Source: Candidatus Iainarchaeum sp. (GTDB lineage: Archaea > Iainarchaeota > Iainarchaeia > Iainarchaeales > CSSED10-239). From it: 12,320 nt of DNA. The notes below the pieces were generated by a model. It had not been told where the DNA came from and did no database searches. It was given only the letters and a program-made list of their open reading frames with translations. The translations under genes and the position numbers were made by a program. Positions 1-7,548 of the stretch are shown piece after piece; position 1 is the first letter of the stretch, and each line of letters starts with the position of its first letter. Location of the stretch: the NCBI GenBank assembly GCA_937968065.1, contig CALBUD010000079.1:1-12320 (forward strand). Reading direction: 5' to 3'.

Positions 1-342
1 TATAAAAAATCTTGGCTTGCATGGATTCCTATAGCTCAGATATTTTTATTTCCTATTTTAGCAAGAAAACCTTGGTATTATGGTTTTTTAATCTTTTTAC
101 CTTTTTTATCTTATTTATTTTATAGTAACCAAGCTGTTTTTTCAGTAATGTTATTTATTTTAGGTATCTTTAGTTTAGCCTTTACAATTTTTTGGAACTG
201 GAGTATCTTTGAAAGAAGAAATTATCCTGGTTGGTTAAGTCTATTGTTAGTTTTAGCAATAATTCCTGGAATTGATTTTTTTGCAACTATTCTCTATTTA
301 TTATTAATTGGTGTGGTTGCAATTTTTGATATTAAAAAATAA
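1..342 (+). CDS. 3' part of a polytopic membrane protein of unknown function (5' end lies outside the window)
   Basis: Frame 1 is open from base 1 (YKKSWLAWIPIAQIFLFPILARKPWYYGFLIFLPF...) to TAA at 340-342. The ORF-track entry 148..342 is only the part after an internal Met. It has several hydrophobic helices. A basic-W-hydrophobic-IP motif occurs twice (KSWLAWIPI and YPGWLSLLLVLAIIPG), reminiscent of small DUF5684-type membrane proteins (from memory, unverified). Confidence 0.6.
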   Translation, partial: YKKSWLAWIPIAQIFLFPILARKPWYYGFLIFLPFLSYLFYSNQAVFSVMLFILGIFSLAFTIFWNWSIFERRNYPGWLSLLLVLAIIPGIDFFATILYLLLIGVVAIFDIKK

Positions 343-356
343 AATTTGTATAATTT

Positions 357-1007
357 ATGTTAAAGCTTGTTATTTTTGATTTTGATGGAGTTTTGTTTAA
401 TACAGCAAAATACTATCTTAAAACAAGAGATGTTTATTTTAAAAGATATAATATAAAGTTTACAAAAAAAGAACATAAAGAAAATCTTGCAACAACAACC
501 AAAGATTTTTTTAATAATGTTACAAAAAAGTATAATCTTAATCTTTCTTATTCAGTTTATTTTAAAGAAAAAAAAGAAATTTTTTATTCTTTTTTAAATA
601 AAATAAAAATTAATCCAGGGGTTTTAAATCTTTTAAAAGAATTAAAAAAAAACAAAGTTAAAATTGTTCTTTCTTCTTCAAATGAAAAAGAAAATGTTTT
701 GTTTTTTTTAGAAAAATATAAAATTAAAAAGTATTTTGATTTAATTTTAACTTCTGAAGATATAAAAAAACACAAACCTCATCCAGAAGCTTTTCTAAAA
801 CCTACAAAACTATTAAAAATAAAACCAGAAGAAAGTATAGGGATTGAAGATTCATTACAAGGAATAGTTTCAATTAATTCTTCTAAAATAAAATCTATTG
901 CTTTATTATCTGAATTTACAACTAGAAAAGATTTTAAAAAATTAAAAGCTACACTTATAATTAAATCAATAAAAGATTTAAACTATAAAAAATTAGCTTC
1001 TCTTTAA
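357..1007 (+). CDS. HAD-superfamily hydrolase, subfamily IA (phosphatase / beta-phosphoglucomutase-like)
   Basis: HAD motif I is VIFDFDGVLFNT (DxDG nucleophile). Motif II is in VLSSS, motif III is the Lys in KKHKPHPEAF, and motif IV is GIEDSLQGI. The size of 216 aa is typical. No SD is visible upstream. Confidence 0.85.
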   Translation: MLKLVIFDFDGVLFNTAKYYLKTRDVYFKRYNIKFTKKEHKENLATTTKDFFNNVTKKYNLNLSYSVYFKEKKEIFYSFLNKIKINPGVLNLLKELKKNKVKIVLSSSNEKENVLFFLEKYKIKKYFDLILTSEDIKKHKPHPEAFLKPTKLLKIKPEESIGIEDSLQGIVSINSSKIKSIALLSEFTTRKDFKKLKATLIIKSIKDLNYKKLASL

Positions 1008-1019
1008 TTTTGATATAAG

Positions 1020-1784
1020 ATGAAAGAAGTAGAAAAATATTATGATAATTTTTCATATCCTAAAATAAATCTATATACAAATAGACAAAGAAAAAGGCAT
1101 GATAAATTAATTAAGAATATTTTAAAGATTGGAAAAATAGATCTAAAAAACTTAAAAGATAAAAAAGTATTAGATGCTGGTTGTGGAACTGGAGAAAAAT
1201 CTGTTTTTTTAGCAAAAAATAAAGCATTAGTTACAGGTATTGATTTATCAAAAGAACAGATTAATTGTTCTAAAAGTTTAGCTTTAAAAAATAATTTAAA
1301 AATAGATTTTTTAAAAAAAGATATTGTAAATGATTCTTTTTCTTCTTTTAAAAAATATGATATTATTCTCTGCACTGGTGTTTTACATCATACAGAAAAT
1401 CCTTATAAAGGTTTTTTAAATCTTTTATCTGTTTTAAAAAAAGATGGCATAATAATAATTGCTCTTTATCACAAATATGCAAGAATAAGATATAGGTTTA
1501 TAAGATTTTTATTACATAACTTTATTTCAAGAGATTCAAAGAAGTTAGAATATGCGTTTAACAATTATTCTATATTAAAACCTTTAAAAAAAGCTCCTAA
1601 AAATTCAATTTATGATAGATATTTAGTTCCTTATGAATCATACCATACTTTAAAAGAAGTTAAAGAATGGTTTTCTAAAAACAATATAGAAACTTTATCT
1701 TTCTCAAAAGAGTTTAAAGGATATGAACCATTAAAAATATTTGAAAAAAAGACATTATTTTTTATTTCTGGAATAAAAAAATAA
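1020..1784 (+). CDS. Class I SAM-dependent methyltransferase
   Basis: Motif I is VLDAGCGTGEKSVFLA. An acidic residue ends beta-2 (VTGIDLS). Motif post-II/III is YDIILCTGVLHH, followed by LKKDGIIIIALY. The substrate cannot be inferred. Confidence 0.85.
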   Translation: MKEVEKYYDNFSYPKINLYTNRQRKRHDKLIKNILKIGKIDLKNLKDKKVLDAGCGTGEKSVFLAKNKALVTGIDLSKEQINCSKSLALKNNLKIDFLKKDIVNDSFSSFKKYDIILCTGVLHHTENPYKGFLNLLSVLKKDGIIIIALYHKYARIRYRFIRFLLHNFISRDSKKLEYAFNNYSILKPLKKAPKNSIYDRYLVPYESYHTLKEVKEWFSKNNIETLSFSKEFKGYEPLKIFEKKTLFFISGIKK

Positions 1785-1787
1785 GTT

Positions 1788-2273
1788 TTAAGCAATTATC
1801 ATTGGTTTTGGTTCTTTTTTAACAGTTTCATTTAATATTTTTTCTTTTAAAAGTGTTTTTTTATCTTTTTTGTTAACACCAAAATCAATATCTTTAATAA
1901 TCTTAAGTTTTATGGTAACTTCTCCATCAGCATATCCTTTAAGTAAGACTCCACTAACTATATGGATAGGATCTTTTTCAATAGATATGTTAATATCTCC
2001 AAAGTAATCATTATTAACTTTATTAAATTCCCCAGAAACTTGTTTAATTTTTAAAGATTCACCATAGATTCTTTGTCTTAAAGTTCCAGCTCTTGAGATT
2101 GCCATTCTTGAGTTTCTAAGTTTTCCTTCAGCAGATACCATAATAGCTTTTTTAATATTTTGTTCTTTAAAAGCAGTTTCGATTGATTGTATGACTTCGT
2201 CTCCATCATCAAGAATTACTGTTAAGTAATTATCGTTTTTTGTAATAACATCTTTAATTCCACTTTGTATCAT
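1788..2273 (-). CDS. PPC (DUF296)-like domain protein, function unknown
   Basis: The 161-aa ORF matches the PPC/DUF296 pattern as remembered: YLTVILDDGDEVIQSIETAFKEQNIKKAIMVSAEGKL, then a later DPIHIVSGVLL...GEVTIKLKI. There is a weak SD-like GGTAGTGAT upstream on the minus strand. It converges on the methyltransferase gene with only 3 bp between the stop codons. Confidence 0.5.
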   Translation of the reverse strand: MIQSGIKDVITKNDNYLTVILDDGDEVIQSIETAFKEQNIKKAIMVSAEGKLRNSRMAISRAGTLRQRIYGESLKIKQVSGEFNKVNNDYFGDINISIEKDPIHIVSGVLLKGYADGEVTIKLKIIKDIDFGVNKKDKKTLLKEKILNETVKKEPKPMIIA

Positions 2274-2364
2274 AAATCATCACTACCTTTATTTCAAAAT
2301 AAATTATATATAATATATTGTATAGAAAGATATTTAAATCATATTAAAAATTAGTTTTTTTAAG

Positions 2365-3285
2365 TTATTTTAGTATGTTTTTAATATTCTTCTTTTCAAT
2401 GGTTCTTTTAATTATTTCTTCTATAATTTTTGTTGTTGAAATTACTTTTATTTTTTCAGATTTTTTATGAGTATGAGAAATAACATATATTTGTTTAATT
2501 AATGATTTTTCAATTAAAGGAATTGTTTTTTTATCTAAAAAACCATGTGTTGCAATAACATATATGTTTTTTGCACCCTTAAGTGTTAAATAATTAGAGT
2601 ATTTAATTAAATTCTCACCAGTATTTATAGAATCTGAAATTATTAAAACATCTTTTGAATTTACACTTTCTGAAATATTAAAAACTATTTTATTATTTTT
2701 AGTATCTTTTGTTGGAAAAACAGTTTCTGCTTTTAAAATTTTTGAGACATCTTTTGTTATTTCTTGCATCTCATAATCAATTGTGGTTAGAACTAGATTT
2801 TCATTATTTTTAAAAACTTCTTCAAATATTTTTGAAAAAATATTAGTTATTGGTATGTTGTATAATGGTATTTTTAGATAAAAACTTATCTTAGGAGAAT
2901 AAAGTCCAAAAGTATATATTTTATCAATACTTGTTTCTTGTAAAAGTCTTGAAAATAAACTAAAATTTAATTTATATTCTGTTCTATATTTTATTTTAGT
3001 GTAAGGAAGATATGTTGTTATTAAATAGATTTTTTCAGCACCTTCTTTTCTTAAAGCATCTGATAAAAATAATAATTGTATTATTGATTCATTAACTGGT
3101 TGTGTTATGTTGTATATTAAAAAAACCTTTTTATTATTAACATGACTTTTTACATCTATACTTGTCTCTGTACCTTGTACTTGTTTAATATTTACATCTC
3201 CAACAATTAGGTTTAATTTGTTTGCTATGGTTGTTGTTTGTGATTTTTCTTTATTTGAAGATACTAAAATATATTCTTCTTCCAT
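2365..3285 (-). CDS. Ribose-phosphate pyrophosphokinase (PRPP synthetase)-like protein with substituted catalytic motifs
   Basis: It aligns by eye along its whole length to class I Prs. QPVNESIIQLLFLSDALRKEGAEKIYLITTYLPY matches [34 protein letters not shown], and GAKNIYVIATHG matches GAKEVYACCTHP. The signature motifs are replaced, as detailed in the findings. Confidence 0.7.
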   Translation of the reverse strand: MEEEYILVSSNKEKSQTTTIANKLNLIVGDVNIKQVQGTETSIDVKSHVNNKKVFLIYNITQPVNESIIQLLFLSDALRKEGAEKIYLITTYLPYTKIKYRTEYKLNFSLFSRLLQETSIDKIYTFGLYSPKISFYLKIPLYNIPITNIFSKIFEEVFKNNENLVLTTIDYEMQEITKDVSKILKAETVFPTKDTKNNKIVFNISESVNSKDVLIISDSINTGENLIKYSNYLTLKGAKNIYVIATHGFLDKKTIPLIEKSLIKQIYVISHTHKKSEKIKVISTTKIIEEIIKRTIEKKNIKNILK

Positions 3286-3394
3286 ATATTAAATAAAAAG
3301 TATAAATATGTTTTTAAACACTTGTTTATTATATTTTTAAAAACAAGTCTAAATAATTTCTTTTTTAAAACTATCTTTTCATATATTAAATATA

Positions 3395-5149
3395 ATGTAT
3401 CTTAGAAAAATAAAAGATTCTAAAAAAGATACTAAATTATTTCTAAATTGTCCTTACAATTTTGAAGAAAAAGATGCTTCAACAGTTTTTAACTGTCTTA
3501 ATTGTAAAGAGGCTCCTTGTATTTTAGCTTGCAAGCAAAATGCTATTTTTTATGTTTCTGAAGGAATTGTTTCAATTGATCAAAGCAAATGTAATGGATG
3601 TAGAGATTGTCTAAAGGTATGTCCTCATAAGGCAATAATTATAAAAGATAATAAAGCTTACAAATGTGATCTTTGTTCTTGTTCTTCTTTTTCAATGTTT
3701 TGTTATAAGAATAATAAAGAAGTTTTAGAGCTTGTTGAAGATATTTCTGAAACTGAAAAAGAAACTATTTTAAATAGATATTTAGGTTATCAGATATTAA
3801 ATGTAAAAGAAGAAACTTTAAGAAAGATTAATTCAGAGATAATTGAAACTTTAGAAGATACTAAAAAATATATAATCTTTCATCCAAATTTATCTTTTCA
3901 AGAAATAGAAATTATTAATTTTATTCTAGATTCTTATAAAAATAGAGCTGAAGTTATAGAAAAGTTATCAAAAGAAAAAATAAAAGAAGAGATTGAAACA
4001 GAACTTATAGATTATTGTTATATAAATAACATAGAACTTGAAGAAGATCAATTTAATTATATTTTAGAAATTTCTTTTAAAAATCTTTATTATTTTGGAC
4101 CATTAACTGATATTTTAGAAGATAATAATCTTGAAGAGATTGTTATTTTAGGTGAAAATAAACCTCTTTTTGTTTATCATAGATATTATGGTTGGCTTGA
4201 AACTAATCTTTTATACACCTCTTCTCAAATAATAAGAGATTTAATAAATAAGCTTTCTTGGCATTCAAATAAATATATTACTTTAAAAAATCCAATTTTA
4301 GATACTTATCTTAAAGATAATTCAAGAATGAATGCTTTAATAAGTCCAATAACTGAAAGTGCAACAGTTACAATTAGAAAATTTTCAGAAAAACCATTTA
4401 CTATAAAAGATTTAATTGATTTTAAAACAATTTCAAAAGAAGCTTTGGTTTTTTTATCTCTTTGTTTTTTAACAGATTCAAATATTATTGTTGCAGGAAA
4501 CACAGGTTCTGGAAAAACAACCACTCTTAATACTCTATTATCTTTTGTACCCTTAGATGAAAGAATTGTTGTTGTTGAAGAAGTTAGAGAAATAAATATT
4601 CCACACAAACATAAAGTTTTCACACTTGTAAATCAAGATATTGGCATAACTTTAGAAAATCTTGTAATTAATACTTTAAGAATGAGGCCTGATAGGGTTG
4701 TTATTGGGGAAGTTAGAACTAGAGAAGAATCTAAATATTTAATAGAATCTATGCTTTGTGGTCAAGCAAAAGGAACTTATACAACCTTTCATTCTCAAAA
4801 TGCAAAAGAAGCTTTATTAAGATTTAAATCTTATGGTGTTTTAGAGAATGATTTAGGTGTTATTGATATAATTATTATTCAAAGAAGATATAATAAGTAT
4901 ATTAAAGGAAAAACAATTGATTTAAGAAATATTACAGAGATTTGTGAAGTTATTTTTGATGGAGTTAAAATATCTCTTAATGTTTTATATGAATATGATA
5001 TTTCTAAAGAAAGACTTGTTAAAAAGAACGATCCTAAAAAAATATTAGATAAATTTAAGTTGGCTTTTGGAATTAAATCTTTAAAAGAAATTAAAGAACT
5101 TTATAAAAAACAAGAACAAAAGATAAATGCTCTCTTAAAAGAAGCTTGA
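3395..5149 (+). CDS. Type IV filament / type II-IV secretion family ATPase (FlaI/ArlI-, TadA/CpaF-like) with an N-terminal 4Fe-4S dicluster ferredoxin-type domain
   Basis: The N-terminus carries CLNCKEAPCILAC, CNGCRDCLKVCP and KCDLCSC...C. The ATPase part carries LEEIVILGENKPLFVYHRYYGWLETN, Walker A GNTGSGKTT (4496-4522), RIVVVEEVREI, Walker B RMRPDRVVIGEVR and His box TTFHSQNAKEAL. It is the only gene in the window ending in TGA (5147-5149). Confidence 0.9.
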   Translation: MYLRKIKDSKKDTKLFLNCPYNFEEKDASTVFNCLNCKEAPCILACKQNAIFYVSEGIVSIDQSKCNGCRDCLKVCPHKAIIIKDNKAYKCDLCSCSSFSMFCYKNNKEVLELVEDISETEKETILNRYLGYQILNVKEETLRKINSEIIETLEDTKKYIIFHPNLSFQEIEIINFILDSYKNRAEVIEKLSKEKIKEEIETELIDYCYINNIELEEDQFNYILEISFKNLYYFGPLTDILEDNNLEEIVILGENKPLFVYHRYYGWLETNLLYTSSQIIRDLINKLSWHSNKYITLKNPILDTYLKDNSRMNALISPITESATVTIRKFSEKPFTIKDLIDFKTISKEALVFLSLCFLTDSNIIVAGNTGSGKTTTLNTLLSFVPLDERIVVVEEVREINIPHKHKVFTLVNQDIGITLENLVINTLRMRPDRVVIGEVRTREESKYLIESMLCGQAKGTYTTFHSQNAKEALLRFKSYGVLENDLGVIDIIIIQRRYNKYIKGKTIDLRNITEICEVIFDGVKISLNVLYEYDISKERLVKKNDPKKILDKFKLAFGIKSLKEIKELYKKQEQKINALLKEA

Positions 5150-5916
5150 AAAGAAAAAAAGAAATTAAAGATATGCAAGAGATTATTTTTTTAAAAAATA
5201 ATATTTTTACAAGAAAATATCTTCTTCTCTATGGTATAGTTTACTTAATAATTATTCTTTTATTTTTTTTAATTAAAAATCTTTTAGATTTTTCATATAT
5301 CTATCTTTTAAATCTCTTTTTTATGTCTTTTATAATTTTCTTTTTTATTATTTTTTTTAAATATAAAATAACCTTACAAAATTACCATAGACAAATAAAT
5401 AAAGAGATTCCTTTTTTTCTAAATAACTTAGCAAATGATGTTGAAAAAAATATTTCTTTAAAGATAGCTTTAGAAAATAGAGTTGATGATTCTTTAATTG
5501 GAAAAAAAATAAAAAAAATTTTACATAAAGTAAATGTTTTAGGTTATTCTTTATCTGAATCTTTAATATCATTTGATACTGAAAATAAAGATTTGAAAAG
5601 AGTTTTTTATCAGATAGAAGATGTTTTATCAACAGGCTCTAAAAACAAAGCAGATGCTTTAAGAACTTTATCTTCAAACATTATAGAAAAGCAAAATTAT
5701 AAAATGAAAAATTATTCTACAAAATTAAGTCTTTTATCTTTAATTTATATTGTGGTATCTGCAATTGTTCCTGCTCTTTTTTTAATGTTTCTTTTAGTTG
5801 GTAGTAATTTTTTAGAAATTTCTTTTTCACCATTAACCATTATTTTTGTAATTGTTATTTTATTTCCAATAATTGATATGTTTATATTTTTAATTATGAA
5901 ATCTAACCTTCCATAA
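5146..5916 (+). CDS. T2SSF-domain (TadB/TadC / FlaJ-half-like) integral membrane platform protein
   Basis: It has two N-terminal TM helices, then a soluble helical segment: EIPFFLNNLANDVEKNISLKIALENR...LGYSLSESLISF. That fits the T2SSF pattern (lp.fl..la..l.aG.sl..al). Two C-terminal TM helices follow. The track start is TTG at 5146, giving a 4-nt TTGA overlap with the ATPase stop. An ATG at 5173 is an equally plausible start. Confidence 0.75.
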   Translation: MKRKKEIKDMQEIIFLKNNIFTRKYLLLYGIVYLIIILLFFLIKNLLDFSYIYLLNLFFMSFIIFFFIIFFKYKITLQNYHRQINKEIPFFLNNLANDVEKNISLKIALENRVDDSLIGKKIKKILHKVNVLGYSLSESLISFDTENKDLKRVFYQIEDVLSTGSKNKADALRTLSSNIIEKQNYKMKNYSTKLSLLSLIYIVVSAIVPALFLMFLLVGSNFLEISFSPLTIIFVIVILFPIIDMFIFLIMKSNLP

Positions 5917-5922
5917 AAATAA

Positions 5923-6633
5923 ATGAAAAATATGTTTGAAAAAATAAAAAATAAAATATTTAAAGAGTATTTTTTTACAGTTAATAAAAAAAAGTTAGAA
6001 GATTCTTTAGTGGATGAGATTTTAAGAATCTCTGGTATGGTTAGATCAAATGATTTAAAAGTAATTTTAGGTAAACTTTCAAAATCTGAAAATAAATTAA
6101 TTTCAAAAGAGTTTTCCTGGGCTTTATTAAAAATAAACAAAGGACATAAAGTAAAAGAAATTTTTAAAGTTATAAAAAATAAATATGATTCTGATCTTTT
6201 GTCTAAATTTTTAGAACTTTTAGAATATTCTGTATCTTCTGGAACTGTTACAAACCAAGATTATAAAAATATTGTAAAAGATTTTTTAAGATCAAGAGAG
6301 CTTATTGATGAAAGAAAATCTATTCTTTTAATGCAAAAATACACAATTATTTTTGCAGGTGGCTTAATTGTTCCTGGTATCTTAGGAATTGTTATATCTT
6401 TAGTTAAAAGTTTGTCTGAAAACATTGATGTTACAAGTATAGGTCTTTCTTCTAGTTCTTCTTTATTTATGATTAGTTATTATTGTTCTATCCTCTATAT
6501 TATAGAATATATTATTATATCTTCTATCTATTTATCACAAATAGATGATAATTCTAAGAAAGCTATCATTTACATCTTAATTTTACTTCCAGTAAGTCTT
6601 TTAATCTTTTTTGTATTTAGTTATATAATCTAA
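5923..6633 (+). CDS. Second T2SSF-like (TadB/TadC / FlaJ-half-like) integral membrane protein
   Basis: It starts 6 nt after the previous stop. A soluble helical N-domain of about 140 aa is followed by three hydrophobic helices (YTIIFAGGLIVPGILGIVISLV, LFMISYYCSILYIIEYIIISSIYL, AIIYILILLPVSLLIFFVFSYII). The architecture parallels the preceding gene. Sequence similarity to T2SSF is weaker than for 5146..5916. Confidence 0.6.
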   Translation: MKNMFEKIKNKIFKEYFFTVNKKKLEDSLVDEILRISGMVRSNDLKVILGKLSKSENKLISKEFSWALLKINKGHKVKEIFKVIKNKYDSDLLSKFLELLEYSVSSGTVTNQDYKNIVKDFLRSRELIDERKSILLMQKYTIIFAGGLIVPGILGIVISLVKSLSENIDVTSIGLSSSSSLFMISYYCSILYIIEYIIISSIYLSQIDDNSKKAIIYILILLPVSLLIFFVFSYII

Positions 6634-6664
6634 TAGTTATATTATTAAGACATGTGTAAAATTT

Positions 6665-7267
6665 ATGTTTTCTGAAATTATTTTATTTTTAACAAATTAT
6701 TTTTCAACAAATCTTGGACATTTGTTTGTATTTCTATTAATGACTATTGAAGGCTCATTTATCCCTTTTCCTTCAGAGATAATAATGATACCTGCGGGTG
6801 CTTTATCTTACACTGGTCATTTAAACATTTATTTTGTTATCTTTTTAGGGGTTTTAGGTTCTTTAGTAGGTGCTTTAATTAATTATTCTATAGGTTACTA
6901 TTTAGGAAGAAGATATTTATTAAAACATAAACGTTTATTTTTTATAAATATTAAACATTTAGAAAAAACAGAACATTTTTTTAAAAAATATGGAAAAACA
7001 GCAACTTTTTTTGGAAGATTAATACCTGTTGTAAGACAATACATCTCTCTTCCTGCTGGTTTTTCAGGAATGAAGCTTTCTGATTTTATTCTATATACTT
7101 TTTTAGGTTCTTTAGTCTGGGTTTCATTTTTAACAATTATTGGATATAAGCTTGGAGAGGAAATATCTAAATCTGTTTTAAGTTATTTTAATATATTTCT
7201 TTTAGTTTTTATATGTCTTTTTGTGATTTTCTTTGCATTTTTATATTTTATTAAAAAAATTAAATAA
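6665..7267 (+). CDS. DedA-family (VTT/SNARE-associated domain) membrane protein
   Basis: DedA hallmarks are present: the re-entrant helix motif EGSFIPFPSEIIMIPAGAL and the second motif FFGRLIPVVRQYISLPAGFSGM. At 200 aa and multi-pass, it is typical. It starts 31 nt after the preceding stop on the same strand. Confidence 0.85.
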   Translation: MFSEIILFLTNYFSTNLGHLFVFLLMTIEGSFIPFPSEIIMIPAGALSYTGHLNIYFVIFLGVLGSLVGALINYSIGYYLGRRYLLKHKRLFFINIKHLEKTEHFFKKYGKTATFFGRLIPVVRQYISLPAGFSGMKLSDFILYTFLGSLVWVSFLTIIGYKLGEEISKSVLSYFNIFLLVFICLFVIFFAFLYFIKKIK

Positions 7268-7375
7268 AATATTTTTCTAATAATTTATATCTAATATGTT
7301 TTTTTAAATTTTAATTAAATACCTTTAAATACTTTTAGAATCATTAAATATTTACTAGTTTTTTAAAGAAAATAT

Positions 7376-7458
7376 GCAGAGGTGGCGGAGTGGTCAAACG
7401 CGCTAGCCTGCTAAGCTAGAGTCTCTCGACTGCACGGGTTCAAATCCCGTCCTCTGCG
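7376..7458 (+). tRNA. tRNA-Ser: tRNA-Ser (anticodon GCU), class II with long variable arm; no encoded CCA
   Basis: Hand-folded structure:
- Acceptor stem GCAGAGG/CCTCTGC.
- D stem GCG/CGC.
- Anticodon stem CTAGC/GCTAG with loop CT-GCT-AA.
- Variable arm AGTC-TCTC-GACT.
- T arm ACGGG-TTCAAAT-CCCGT.
- Discriminator G at 7458.
Short T-runs follow (7460-7470). A TTAAATAT box at 7344-7351 is centred about 28 nt upstream. It may be an archaeal TATA box, but that is weak evidence in such AT-rich DNA. Confidence 0.9.
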
Positions 7459-7515
7459 CTTTTAATTTTTATTAATTTATAAATAGTTATTTTATTAATG
7501 TAAATTTATATTTTT

Positions 7516-7548
7516 AAAAAAAGAAAAAAAAGAAAAAAAAAGCTTTTT
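7516..7548 (-). terminator. Oligo-T tract (T9, T8, T7 on the minus strand) directly after the 7549..7938 gene; includes an A7-GC-T7 palindrome
   Basis: The plus strand reads aaaaaaagaaaaaaaagaaaaaaaaagcttttttt. On the minus strand this gives three long T-runs immediately 3' of the stop, an archaeal-style termination signal. The palindrome AAAAAAAGCTTTTTTT (7535-7550) could act in both directions between the tRNA and the convergent gene. Confidence 0.35.

Noticed and set aside
584-775. 63-aa minus-strand ORF inside the HAD gene
   Set aside because: It lies entirely antisense to a well-supported CDS. It is low-complexity and rich in F, K and I, as expected from AT-rich shadow frames. No motif or SD is present.
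1040-1375. 111-aa minus-strand ORF inside the methyltransferase gene
   Set aside because: This is an antisense shadow ORF with no recognisable domain. The plus-strand frame carries clear SAM-MTase motifs.
1785-1787. Convergent stop codons of the methyltransferase and PPC genes only 3 bp apart, with no terminator
   Set aside because: This is real but ordinary for a compact genome, and no additional structure is encoded there.
3320-3348. 8-bp inverted repeat ACTTGTTT-N13-AAACAAGT in the divergent region between the prs-like gene and the ATPase gene
   Set aside because: A rough estimate gives about a one-in-five chance of such an 8-bp inverted repeat in a 100-bp AT-rich spacer. It has no second copy elsewhere in the window. 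It may be an operator, but the sequence alone does not support that.
4306-4623. 105-aa minus-strand ORF opposite the Walker A region of the ATPase
   Set aside because: This is an antisense shadow of a strongly supported CDS, with no independent signals.
5147-5149. Possible alternative genetic code (UGA read as sense) or readthrough at the only TGA stop
   Set aside because: Reading through TGA adds only about 14 codons before a TAA and does not join the next gene, which is in a different frame. All ORFs are full-length under the standard code, and no in-frame TGA is needed anywhere.
5357-6140. Minus-strand ORFs of 91 aa (5357..5632) and 131 aa (5745..6140) opposite the T2SSF genes
   Set aside because: These are low-complexity antisense frames. 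The second spans the junction of two tightly packed plus-strand genes. They have no SD and no domains.
7376-7458. tRNA-Ser as an integration site marking the downstream surface-protein block as a genomic island
   Set aside because: I found no integrase or recombinase. I found no direct repeat of the tRNA 3' end downstream; the best is a 7-8 nt partial match near 7690, which is not significant. No compositional shift is visible by eye.
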